A stretch of 64,000 nt of DNA from Eledone cirrhosa (lineage: Eukaryota), in assembly GCA_964016885.1 (NCBI GenBank), contig OZ024751.1, positions 47,926,001-47,990,000 on the forward strand. The letters run 5' to 3'. The notes under the pieces are model-generated. The model was given only the letters and a program-made list of their open reading frames with translations. It was not told the DNA's origin and made no database searches. Shown in pieces: positions 40,040 through 53,912 of this stretch; the stretch's first letter is position 1; each line of letters starts with the position of its first letter. A program made the position numbers and the translations under genes.

Positions 40040-41510
40040 GTCCGACAAGGCCAGCAATTACCCCCAGTGTATTACTGGTGCTTTATGTAGATATATATGA
40101 GACAAATACCAAGTAACTACTAGATTGTCCCTATATGTAAATAATTGTTTCTACTTTTAGCACAAGGCCAGCAATTACCCCCCCCCCTCCTCCCCCAGTG
40201 TATTACTGGTACTTTATGTAGATATACATGGAACAAATACCATGTAACTACTGATTGTCCCTATACGTAAATAATTGTTTCTTAGTTTAGCACAAGGCCA
40301 GCAAATACCCAGTGCATTACTGGTACTTTATTTTATCAACCCCGTAAGGATGAAAGGCAAAGTTAACCTCGGCCTGATTTGAACTCAGAATGGCAAGGGC
40401 CGTAACTCTATGTGTCAATGGATGGCGTCCAACTCTCTACTGATACTGCCAATCCACCGCTAAATAATGATTTCTACTTTAGGCACAAGGCCAAAAATTT
40501 GAGGGGAGGGGAAAGTTGATTAAATTTACCCCAATGTATTACTGGTGCTTTATTTTATCGACCCCCGTAAGGATGAAAGGCAAAGTTAATCTCGCGGGAT
40601 TTGAGCTCAGAACGTAAAGGGCCATAACTCTATGCTGCAAAGCAAGGTGTCTGACGCTCTACCGATACTGCTAAACCAAGGTCTAATAACAATAATAATT
40701 TATCATCAACTGATCAATACTATAACAATTTATTGGTATTGTTGTTTGTTTGTTTGTTTATTGTTGTTTCTTTTTTATTATTTTTTTATTATTATTTGCC
40801 TTGTTTTGTTTTTTGGGGGTTTTTTTTTGGTGGGGAAGAGAAAAAGTTATTTCAAAATCTGAAAGAAGATGGTTAAATGGTATTAACAACAACAACAACA
40901 AATACTACTACAATACTACCATGACAACAATAAATACTACCATGACAACAATAAATACTACCATGACAACAATAAATACTACTATGATAACTCCAACTAC
41001 AAATGCCACTACTACTACGACTACTACTACTACAGTAGCAACAACAAACAACAATAATTACACAACAACAGTAACAGCCATCACTACTGCTACTAATACT
41101 AATAATTGTTTCTACTCTAGGCACAAGGCCAGCAATTACCCAGTACATTACTGGTACTTTATTTTATCGACCCCGTAAGGATGAAAGGCAAAGTCAAACC
41201 TCGACGGGATTTGAACTCAGATCGTAAAGGGACGTAACTATGCTGGAAAACATGGCGTCCGACCCTCTACTGATACTGCCAATCCACCGCCCTCTAATAC
41301 TAATAATAATGGTTTCTGATTTAGGCACAAGGCCAGCAATTTTGGGGGAGTCGATTAAATCGACCCCAGTGCATTACTGGTACTTTATTTTATCGACTCA
41401 GTAAAGATAAAAGGCAAAGCTAACCATGGCAGGATTTGAACTTGGAACGTAAAGGTTCGTAACTCTGTGCCGCTAAACATGTTGACCGACACTCTACCGA
41501 TGCTGCCAAT
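40040..41510 (-). mobile_element. Cluster of family-A SINEs, full-length and 3' partial
   Basis: Copies at about 40040, 40143, 40272, 40468, 41104 and 41310. Confidence 0.85.
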
Positions 41511-41615
41511 ATAATAATGCATTTTACTTGCAATCTAATCAAGTTAACGAGGCAGCATCTACATGGGTCATTCGAATTGCTAGAAATCTGCCTCAAATCC
41601 TACCCCAGGATACAT

Positions 41616-41860
41616 ATCATCATCATCACCGTTTTACGTCCGTTCTTCCACGCTAGCATGGGTTAGACGGGTTGTCCTGTTGTGGGCAGTGTCTGGTCGG
41701 CTGACCTTATCTTGCTCATATGGGGACTGATTTTGGCTTGATTTCTACAGCTGGATGCCCTTCCTAACACCAACCTCATTTACAGTGAGTGCTGGGTGCT
41801 TTTTTTGCCGTGGCACCTCCACGACCACTTTACAGTGTGGGCTGGGTGCTTTTTTTGCCG
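41616..41860 (-). mobile_element. Short copy of the RTE 3' end / RTE-mobilised SINE tail
   Basis: Near-identical to 59637-59880. Related pieces at ~16570-16740, 49100-49270 (+ strand), 49350-49580, 56688-56745 and 62213-62262. Confidence 0.85.
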
Positions 41861-41947
41861 TGTAAACACACAGACAAACCGGTTTTTAGAGTCATACTGG
41901 TTTTTGAGGAAACACCTTTCCTCTATTCTCCAGAAAGCCAGACAAGG

Positions 41948-41992
41948 AATATTGAACTAGTTTCGTTGTTGTTACAACTCATCAGCAATATT
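41948..41992 (-). ncRNA. Minimal type I hammerhead ribozyme, inverted copy
   Basis: Exact reverse complement of 42075-42119. Confidence 0.85.
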
Positions 41993-42074
41993 TACCTATC
42001 TTCCGGCCTTTCTAGAGAATCGTAAAAGCACATATCGTTATATGCTTTTTCTATGAAAGGCCGGAAGATAGGTA

Positions 42075-42119
42075 AATATTGCTGATGAGTTGTAACAACA
42101 ACGAAACTAGTTCAATATT
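42075..42119 (+). ncRNA. Minimal type I hammerhead ribozyme
   Basis: AATATTG-CTGATGA-GTTGT(aaca)ACAAC-GAAAC(ta)GTT-CAATATT. Intact core, 7-bp stem I, 5-bp stem II, palindromic AACTAGTT stem III. Confidence 0.85.
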
Positions 42120-42540
42120 CCTTGTCTGGCTTTCTGAAGAATAGAGGAAAGGTGTTTCCTCAAAAACCAGTATGACTCTAAAAACCGGTTTGTCTGTGTG
42201 TTTACATACAGAATAGCTGGACACTCACAGTAAAGTGACCAGTGAAAAACACGGTACATCTACATATGTATACGTGTGTGTATTCATATGCATACTAGTA
42301 TTTCAGTATACATATGTGGATGTACATTTTTAACTTAATTGTTTAAGCGTCAGTCATACAAAAGTGAGTTACAAACGAAACGAAATTTAATTTCGTTTCG
42401 TTATTTGTTTTTATCGTCTCCGTTGAACCGGTACGTACTCACGCTCTATGCAAATTAGTCTGCCCACTACTAATTTTCATAGAAAAAGCATATAACGATA
42501 TGTGCTTTTACGATTCTCTAGAAAGGCCGGAAGATAGGTA

Positions 42541-42585
42541 AATATTGCTGATGAGTTGTAACAACAACGAAACTAGTTCAATATT
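42541..42585 (+). ncRNA. Minimal type I hammerhead ribozyme, tandem copy
   Basis: Identical to 42075-42119. Confidence 0.85.
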
Positions 42586-42805
42586 CCTTGTCTGGCTTTC
42601 TGAAGAATAGAGGAAAGGTGTTTCCTCAAAAACCAGTATGACTCTAAAAACCGGTTTGTCTGTGTTTTTACATACAGAATAGCTGGACACTCACAGTAAA
42701 GTGACCAGTGAAAAACACGGTACATCTACATATGTACACGTGTGTGTATTCATATGCATACTAGTATTTCAGTATACATATGTGGATGTACATTTTTAAC
42801 TTAAT

Positions 42806-42839
<34 letters not shown>

Positions 42840-42898
42840 CATACATACAATACTGAAATATATAGAAGCAGAAATACATATACAATATATAGGCATGT

Positions 42899-42929
<31 letters not shown>

Positions 42930-43624
42930 AATATATATGTAAGTATATATATACATATACGTACATATATATATATAGAAGCAGCAGATTTTGGCTCACC
43001 CAATTACATGTACTTACTGATATAAGTTAGTAAGGGAGGGAGGAGGGGGTCAAGCTGAAGGGTGGAATGGGGGTGGATGTTTTGGGTTTGGTGGGAGAGT
43101 ACAGCTGGCTTGTGGTCTATGGTGGAGGATGTTTGTGTGGGTGGTGGTGGTTGGAGGAAGGGTTTATGTGAGAGTGAGTGAAAGCAAGGGTGGATTTCTG
43201 TGTGTGTGTGGGGGGGGGTTATTTGTGGTGGGAGTGGTGGTGCAGGAAATGGGAATGGTGGCAGTACTGTTAGTGGTGGTGGAGGTGGTGGTAGTGGTGA
43301 CGGTGGCAGCGGTGGTTGTGGCACAAAAGGGTAGTGGTAGTGGTGGTGGTGGTGGTGGCAGAGAGGTTAATGGTGGAGCTGGTGGAAGTGGTACAGGAGA
43401 TGGCTGTGGTGGAGGAGAGGGTAATGATGGTGCTGGTGGTGGTGGTGGTGACAGCAGTGGAATGAGGATTCACTAGTGGTGGCGGAGGTGGTGTTAGTGG
43501 TGGTAGTGATGGAAACGGTGGTGGTGGTGGTGGTGGTGACGGCAGTGGTAGTGGTGGTGGTAGTGTTAAAGATGTTGGTGATGATGCCAATGGTGATGGT
43601 GGTGATGATAGTGGTATCTGTATG

Positions 43625-43711
43625 AATGTGTGTGTGTGTATATATATGTGTGTGTGTGTGTATGTGTGTGTCCTGTATTGTATCCCAACACAGTAGCAAG
43701 GTGTGTGTGTG

Positions 43712-43742
<31 letters not shown>

Positions 43743-43946
43743 CCTGTATTGTATCCCAACACAGTAGCAAGGTGTGTGTGTGTATATATGTGTGTGTGTG
43801 TGTGTATGTGTGTGTGTATGTGTGTCCTGTATTGTATCCCAACACAGTAGCAAGGTGTGTGTGTGTATATATGTGTGTGTGTGTGTATGTGTGTGTATGT
43901 GTGTGTCCTGTATTGTATCCCAACACAGTAGCAAGGTGTGTGTGTG

Positions 43947-43979
<33 letters not shown>

Positions 43980-44092
43980 CCTGTATTGTATCCCAACACA
44001 GTAGCAAGGTGTGTGTGTGTATATATGTGTGTGTGTGTGTGTATGTGTGTGTCCTGTATTGTATCCCAACACAGTAGCAAGGTGTGTGTGTG

Positions 44093-44123
<31 letters not shown>

Positions 44124-44398
44124 CCTGTATTGTATCCCAACACAGTAGCAAGGTGTGTGTGTGTATATATGTGTGTGTGTGTGTGTATGTGTGTGTCCTG
44201 TATTGTATCCCAACACAGTAGCAAGGTGTGTGTGTATATATATGTGTGTATGTGTGTATGTGTGTGTATGTGTGTGTCCTGTATTGTATCCCAACACAGT
44301 AGCAAGGTGTGTGTGTGTATATATGTGTGTGTGTGTGTATGTGTGTGTATGTGTGTGTCCTGTATTGTATCCCAACACAGTAGCAAGGTGTGTGTGTG

Positions 44399-44437
<39 letters not shown>

Positions 44438-44465
44438 TGTATTGTATCCCAACACAGTAGCAAGG

Positions 44466-44498
<33 letters not shown>

Positions 44499-44537
44499 AT
44501 GTGTGTGTCCTGTATTGTATCCCAACACAGTAGCAAG

Positions 44538-44597
<60 letters not shown>

Positions 44598-44820
44598 TGT
44601 ATTGTATCCCAACACAGTAGCAAGGTGTGTGTGTGTGTGTGTGTGTGTCCTGTATTGTATCCCAACACAGTAGCAAGGTGTGTGTGTGTGTGTCCTGTAT
44701 TGTATCCCAACACAGTAGCAAGGTGTGTGTGTGTGTGTCCTGTATTGTATCCCAACACAGTAGCAAGGTGTGTGTGTGTGTGTGTGTGTGTCCTGTATTG
44801 TATCCCAACACAGTAGCAAG

Positions 44821-44856
<36 letters not shown>

Positions 44857-45126
44857 CCTGTATTGTATCCCAACACAGTAGCAAGGTGTGTGTGTGTGTG
44901 TCCTGTATTGTATCCCAACACAGTAGCAAGGTGTGTGTGTGTGTGTGTGTGTCCTGTATTGTATCCCAACACAGTAGCAAGGTGTGTGTGTGTGTGTCCT
45001 GTATTGTATCCCAACACAGTAGCAAGGTGTGTGTGTGTGTGTCCTATATTGTATCCCAACACAGTAGCAAGGTGTGTGTGTGTGTGTGTGTGTGTGTCCT
45101 GTATTGTATCCCAACACAGTAGCAAG

Positions 45127-45162
<36 letters not shown>

Positions 45163-46445
45163 CCTGTATTGTATCCCAACACAGTAGCAAGGTGTGTGTG
45201 TGTGTGTCCTGTATTGTATCCCAACACAGTAGCAAGGTGTGTGTGTGTGTGTGTGTCCTGTATTGTATCCCAACACAGTAGCAAGGTGTGTGTGTGTGTG
45301 TCCTGTATTGTATCCCAACACAGTAGCAAGGTGTGTGTGTGTGTGTCCTGTATTGTATCCCAACACAGTAGCAAGGTGTGTGTGTGTGTGTCCTGTATTG
45401 TATCCCAACACAGTAGCAAGGTGTGTGTGTGTGTCCTGTATTGTATCCCAACACAGTAGCAAGGTGTGTGTGTGTGTGTCCTGTATTGTATCCCAACACA
45501 GTAGCAAGGTGTGTGTGTGTGTGTCCTGTATTGTATCCCAACACAGTAGCAAGGTGTGTGTGTGTGTGTCCTGTATTGTATCCCAACACAGTAGCAAGGT
45601 GTGTGTGTGTGTGTGTCCTGTATTGTATCCCAACACAGTAGCAAGGTGTGTGTGTGTATTTATATATATATATATATATTTGTGTGTGTGTATATATATT
45701 TGTGTGTATAGGTATGTATGTGCATCCTGTATTGCATCACAACCAAGTATTAAGGTATGTGTGTAGGTATATGTGTGTGTGTGTGTGTGTATGTAGGTAT
45801 ATGTGTGTGTGTGTGTGTGTAGGTATATGTGTGTGTGTGTAGGTATATGTGTATGTGTGTGTAGGCATGCTACAACACAGTAGCAAGGTATATGTGTGTG
45901 TGTATGTAGGTATATGTGTGTGTGTGTGTGTGTAGGTATATGTGTATGTGTGTGTAGGTATATGTGTGTGTGTATGTAGGTATATGTGTGTGTGTGTGTG
46001 TAGGTATATGTGTATGTGTGTGTGTGTGTGTGTGTGTGTAGGTATATGTGTGTGTGTGTGTAGGTATATGTGTGTGTGTGTGTGTGTGTAGGTATATGTG
46101 TATGTGTGTGTAGGCATGCTACAACACAGTAGCAAGGTATATGTGTGTGTGTATGTAGGTATATGTGTGTGTGTGTGTGTGTAGGTATATGTGTATGTGT
46201 GTGTGTGTGTGTGTGTAGGTATATGTGTGTGTGTATGTAGGTATATGTGTATGTAGGTATATGTGTGTGTGTGTGTGTGTGTAGGTATATGTGTGTGTGT
46301 GTATGTAGGTATATGTGTGTGTGTGTGTGTAGGTATATGTGTGTGTGTATGTGTGTGTGTGTGTGTGTAGGTATATGTGTATGTGTGTGTGTGTAGGTAT
46401 ATGTGTATGTGTGTGTAGGCATGCTACAACACAGTAGCAAGGTAT
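43625..46445. repeat. Composite satellite: invariant ~30-bp core with variable (GT)n linkers, grading into a GTAGGTATAT(GT)n array
   Basis: About 34 copies of gtcctgtattgtatcccaacacagtagcaag up to ~45650, then three aggcatgctacaacacagtagcaag variants. Confidence 0.95.
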
Positions 46446-48552
46446 ATGAATATTACCGATTACATATTTTGCTTTTGAAAATGTTTTGTGACCTACGACA
46501 AGGTTGCATTTAATTGCACTAATTGCACTAATTGCATTTAATTTATTAGTATTAACATTTTCCTTTACATCATATCTAGTGAGTGTATATCTATTTTTAA
46601 AACTATTATCCAACAGATTAACTACAATCCATATGCAGAATTATTTTTAGCATAATTGACTGCATCAGATTAAAACTTAAAGTATTTAGTCTAATACTGT
46701 AGATTTTTACAATGCTCTCTTTGTAATTTGATATATTATAAACATTTGAATTAACAAACCCTTTTTTTTTTCATATATTTTATAGAGGATGTAGATTTAA
46801 CCCTTTAGTTACCAACCTGGCCAAAACCACCTCTGGTTATATGAAATGAAATTAACCATTTAAAAGGTTTCCAACATAAATTAAAATCTTCCAACATAAT
46901 TTTATATAAGAACCTTACATTAAGTTACACTCTAAGTATTAGAATAATTAATAATTTTAGTAAATTCCTCAAAATTCTTAATTAATTAATTAAAATAGAG
47001 TGTAGTTCATTAGATATGCATTCATAAAAGAGTGCATCAAGTAGAAGAGGTGTGTTTATAACCCTTGTGGGGGGACTCTTGAGATTGATGCAAGGGAAGA
47101 GACAATGTCGATACTTCCAAAAGCATTGACCCTCATCCAATAGAGGCACCCAAAGGCTAGGTAATGAGTTGAACAGGTCATTACAGATTAAGTCAGGACT
47201 TAATTGCAGCTAATGTCCTCCTACACTGGTCTGGAGACCACATTTCACTCAAATATGTTCCTTTTTGGAATGGTTTCTATGGCTAGATGTCTCTCCTACC
47301 AACCAGTGTGTACTGGGTGAAGTTTATAATGACACCAACACTAGAGAGGTTGTTGTGCTCTTGACAGGACTCTTTTTATATGGTTCCTATCACCAACCAC
47401 TTTACAGTGTGTACCAGGTGCAGTTTCTTATGACACCAACACTAGACAGGTTGCAGTGCCTTTGAAACATAATTATTTAGCTATCCTACATGTGTGCGTG
47501 TATAGTTGTGTGTATATGTAAGAGAGTGTGAGAGTGCGTGCGTATGGTTATGTTAGAATGTGTGTGTGAGTGCATGTATGATTGTGTGTGTGTATATGCA
47601 AGAGTGTGTATGTGTACATGCATATATGTATGCATGTCTGAATCAAAGCATATGGCAAAAAAAAGTTAACAGGCAAATAAAAAAAATATAAAAAATATAT
47701 ATAAAATATATAAAAAAATAAAAAAAATATATATATTTAAAAAAAGCCATTAAAAAACAAAAAAAAATAAAATAAATTTGAACCAAAAAAGCTAGACATT
47801 TCCTAATCAAAGTTGGGGGAAGGGGTGACGGAAATAATAGTAGCAATGTTAGTACAGATATTGATGACACACAGACAGACACATTATATATATGCATATA
47901 CATATATATATTATAGATATATAAAGAGGGTGTGTCCCCCCCCCACCCCCCGCCAAAAAAAAAAAATGTATACACACTTCAACAACATTCTAATAAATAT
48001 TGCCTGTACAGGTGATCGAAGTGAGTATACATTTATTTGGGACACCCTGTACATAAAACTATTACAGCCACCACTTACAATCAAGTATCACTTGTAAGTA
48101 TATACCATGCTTTCACTAAGGGTTTTAGTTGCCCATGCAGTAACAAGCACAGACAGACTCCTCACTCTCGACCAACATTCCCTTGATCAAGTCGAACATC
48201 GAATATGTGACTGCTGGAAAGAAAGAGGGCTACACCAGTATGCAGCTGGTACTTTCTTTATCTTTATCAACCCAGCAATAATGAAAGGCAAAGTGGACCT
48301 CAGCCGAATTTGAACTCAGAAAATACGGAGACTTGGCACAAATATTCAACACACTAACAACTTTTCCAAACTGGCTGCTGTGTGTATGTGTGTGTACGTA
48401 TATATATATATATATATGAAAAAGTAAGTCCTTCATCAGTGGCCTTCCAACCGTCGTAGGCATTTCATCGCTTTAAAGGCCATATACCTCAGGTTGGTGC
48501 AAGCAACGGCTATATATATATATATTCATTTATATTAAGGCTAAAAAGTGTG

Positions 48553-48609
48553 TCTTATTACTCTGGAGTTTCCCCTGTTTACTGTATATCATAGGGTCAT
48601 CAGACAAGA
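48553..48609 (-). ncRNA. Type I hammerhead ribozyme
   Basis: Minus strand TCTTGT-CTGATGA-CCCT...AGGG-GAAACTC(ca)GAGTA-ATAAGA, between (TA)n tracts. Confidence 0.75.
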
Positions 48610-48895
48610 ACAGATATATATATATATATATATTCATATAAAATATTATTTATATATTTATATATATATATATATTATACACACACATATACATACATTT
48701 TTCTACTCTTACTGGTGCCATGCTGGGGCACCACCTTGAAAAGTACTTATTTTATTTTTTTAGAACCGGATACTTATTTTATCGATCTCTGTTTGTCAAA
48801 CTGCTATATTACAGGGACATAAACAAACATAAATGTTTAGGGTTTCCACACAGCTTCAGTCTATCAAATTTCACTCACATGGCATATAAATGTAT

Positions 48896-48964
<69 letters not shown>

Positions 48965-51109
48965 TGTGTGTATAAAGATAACTAGAAACAATTAATTTCT
49001 TTTGAGTTTGCAGAATTCCAGATCATTGTATAATTGTTTATAGTGCTACTTAAGATGTACAGTCTTCATGATAAAATACACCTAGTTACCACTCTAAAGT
49101 GGTGGGCATTAGGAAGGACATCCAGCAGCAGAAACCATGCCAAACTGGAACATACAAGCAGAGCGTAGTCATTCAATCTGTTAAGCTCCAGAACATGGCA
49201 TCCTGTCCAACCCACATCACCGTGAAAAACTGATGTAAAACAGTAATGATAAGGATGATGATGATGATGGCTTCTCGTTCTGACAACAAGACTTATGCCA
49301 AGTAAGAGAAAACAGACAAATCTCTTCAAATAAAACATCACACACATATATCATCATCATTATCATTTAACATCTACCTTCGCTGATAGCATGGGTTTGT
49401 CGAGTCTACATGGACCGAGTCAGACAGGTCAAATGGTCTACATTCTGTTCATGTTTAGCCATACGTTCTATCGAGTGCAGAGGAGAGGTTATCATGTCTT
49501 TAACACAACTGAAGTGTCCTCTCAACCCTTGTTTGGCAAGCTGGATGCCCTTCATAACACCAACCACTTTACAGTCTTCATTAACACCCTGTAAATATCT
49601 AAAACAATGCTGCTTCTTTATTCCCACAAACAATTTAAAACATATAGTAACAGACACGGTTTATCTTAGGGAAAATTTAGAGCTGCACAAATCTTTGAGC
49701 CAAGTGTCAATAATAACTCAGTGTTTTATTTTTATATATTCTCTGAGGCTGATAAGCACTTGTAATGCATATTTCAACATTTTATGAGTATTTGACAGAA
49801 AATGTGAAGTTATCGCGCAGAGGTCAACAGCATGATAGAGTAATCAATGGTGGTAAAAAAAAACCCTCAGTAAACTGTCAAGACTCACTCAGCACCAATA
49901 CAATTCAATCACTACTGGCTCACAAATGTACTGTTTGTTCACTCCACTGCTTCCTTACCACTACTACAATGGCATCTGCTCTTCTCAACTAGCTAGCTGC
50001 ATACCACACACAGACACAGACACACAGATACACACACAAACACACACACACAAATATATGAGTAAAATAAAAGAAAAACACCAAATTATAAATTCCAAAA
50101 TGAAACAAAAAAGAAACCAATAATAAAAATAATTAAAAAAAATTTTAAAAAAACTAAAAAAAACAACAATGGCACTAATAATAATAATAATGTTTCTACT
50201 TTTGGCACAAGGCCAGCAATTACCCCAGTGCATTACTGGTACTTTATTTGATCGAACCCCATAAGGATGAAAGGCAAAGTCAACCTAGGTGGGATTTTTT
50301 TTTGAACTCAGGCCGTTGGGGTGACGACCAAAATGAAGACAAATTATCTCGTCAAAGATAATTACTTTATGAAAGAGGAATTGTATAATGTGGGTAAAAG
50401 AGAAATCAATCATGTAGAGGGAGGGGGAGAGGGGGCTGATCGGTGATGCTGGGACTGACAGACAGACAGACCAACACACTCACAGACACATACAGATACA
50501 CACATACGTACACACTTTGCAAATGTTGGTGAAAATAGAAGACATTGTAGGGATTGATGCAGTACTGTGGATAGTGTGTGTGATTGTGTGTGTGTGTATG
50601 TATGTCTGTGTATGTGTGCAGCTGGGTATGTATGTCTGTGTATGTGTGCAGCTGGGTATGTATGTATGTGTGTGTGTGCATGCGTGTATTTGTGTGTGTG
50701 TGTGCAGGTGGGTATGTATGTGTATGCATATGAGTGTGTGCTTGTGTATGTGTGTGCAGATGTATGTGTGTGTGCAGATGTATGTGTGCGTGCATGCATG
50801 TGAGTGTTTGTGCGCGTGCGTGCATGTGTGTGTTGTGCGCGTGCGTGCATGTGTGTGTGTGTGTTTGTGCGCGTGCGTGCATGTGTGTGTGTGTGTGTGC
50901 ATGCGTGTGTTATTGAGAGACTCATCGTCATGATGAATGTTAAATGATACGCCCACACAGACTCGGGAATGCATGTGTTCTGTGCATGCATGCATTTATG
51001 TGCACACGCCTGTGTTGTGTGTGCATATATATATATATATATATACACATATATATATATGTGCGTGTGTATACATAGATATTTGTATATATATCTACAC
51101 ACAAACACC

Positions 51110-51164
<55 letters not shown>

Positions 51165-51356
51165 GCACACACACATTCATTATTTATTCATACACAAACA
51201 TGCACAGGCATTGGAGCCAACCACAAAGTTGTGGGGTGGGGCCCAAAACGGGGGGGTGGGAGACATGGGTGAAATGAGGATCAGAAGTGGTGTTGGTGTT
51301 GATTGGAGGGAAGTACATGTATGAAGTGCAGCCTTTCTGTGTATAGAATAGCTTAC

Positions 51357-51431
51357 CAGCCCTCATCCTAGAGGGGCTCTTCAAAGGACTGCCTTGGGCA
51401 CCCTGGTCACCAAAACTCTGGTCTCCTGCGG
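51357..51431 (-). CDS. endoA: Candidate endophilin-A cassette exon, 75 nt (69 nt with the second AG), phase 1-1
   Basis: ccctctcttaaacAG|CC GCA GGA GAC...AGG GCT G|GTAAGC. Open frame (A)AGDQSFGDQGAQGSPLKSPSRMRA. Confidence 0.7.
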
Positions 51432-51960
51432 CTGTTTAAGAGAGGGCCGCACCAGCGGGAAAATGTATTATCATCATCATCATCATAGACAGAGACAGGA
51501 GAGAGAAAATCCATCATTATCACCATCATCATCATCATCAGCATAGATAGAAACAGGAGAGAAAATTAGTGGTAAAGGTACAGGATGAGGAAGAAAGAAT
51601 TAAAAATTGCAGGTACACACAGTAAAAAAAGGAGAAAGAAAAAGAGATCTATGTGTGTATACATATGTGCATATATATATATATATACATATATATATGT
51701 GTATCTATATGTGAATGTCTATGTAGATATATATATGTAGTGTAATTCGTTACATATATGTGCTTGTGCGTGTCCATATACATGTGTATGTATGTGTATG
51801 TATAGATACTTATACACACATACACACACAGAGAAAGACATTATCATCATCATTAAACATCTGTTTTTAATGATGATATGTATATATATATATATATATA
51901 TGTGTATATATATATATATGTATATATATATATGTGTATATATATATATATGTGTATATA

Positions 51961-52001
<41 letters not shown>

Positions 52002-52020
52002 ATATATATATGTGTATATA

Positions 52021-52065
<45 letters not shown>

Positions 52066-52070
52066 ATATA

Positions 52071-52095
52071 CTCGTGTGTTACACCTCTATTCTTT

Positions 52096-52141
<46 letters not shown>

Positions 52142-52437
52142 AAAGAATAGAGGTGTAACACACGAGTTGTGATATATTGGTAAAAGGAAAAGAAAATGCT
52201 GACAAATTGTTCCCAGTGAAAAATAGTTTAATTAGTAATAAGTAAAAATTAGTAATAGTATTGGTTAGTATTCAGTTTTGGTTTTTATTTTTGAAAAGCA
52301 TTAGAAATGCGCAACCGGTAAAACTTAAAACCAAAACTGAATACTAACCAATACTATTACTAATTTTTACTTATTACTAATTAAACTATTTTTCACTGGG
52401 AACAATTTGTCAGCATTTTCTTTTCCTTTTACCAATA
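52071..52437. repeat. Two adjacent inverted repeats inside a 2-kb (TA)n/(TG) field
   Basis: 52071-52166 has ~30-bp unique arms around (TA)n. 52175-52285 pairs with 52327-52437 (111-bp arms). Confidence 0.92.

Positions 52438-53912
<1,475 letters not shown>

Larger units (their letters stand above)
41861..42806 (+). mobile_element. Non-autonomous hammerhead-bearing retroelement (retrozyme/Penelope-like): inverted 5' piece plus ~1.6 tandem units of 466 nt, ending at (TA)n
   Basis: Direct repeat period 466 (42075 vs 42541), inverted segment 41861-42058, three identical HHR motifs, no coding capacity. Confidence 0.8.

Noticed and set aside
43625-45650. CRISPR-like array of ~30-bp direct repeats
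   Set aside because: Spacers are (GT)n microsatellite and not unique sequence, there are no cas genes, and the context is a eukaryotic intron.
43270-46440. 1056-aa, 692-aa and 552-aa ORFs
   Set aside because: Stop-free translations of a satellite (HT/CV repeats).
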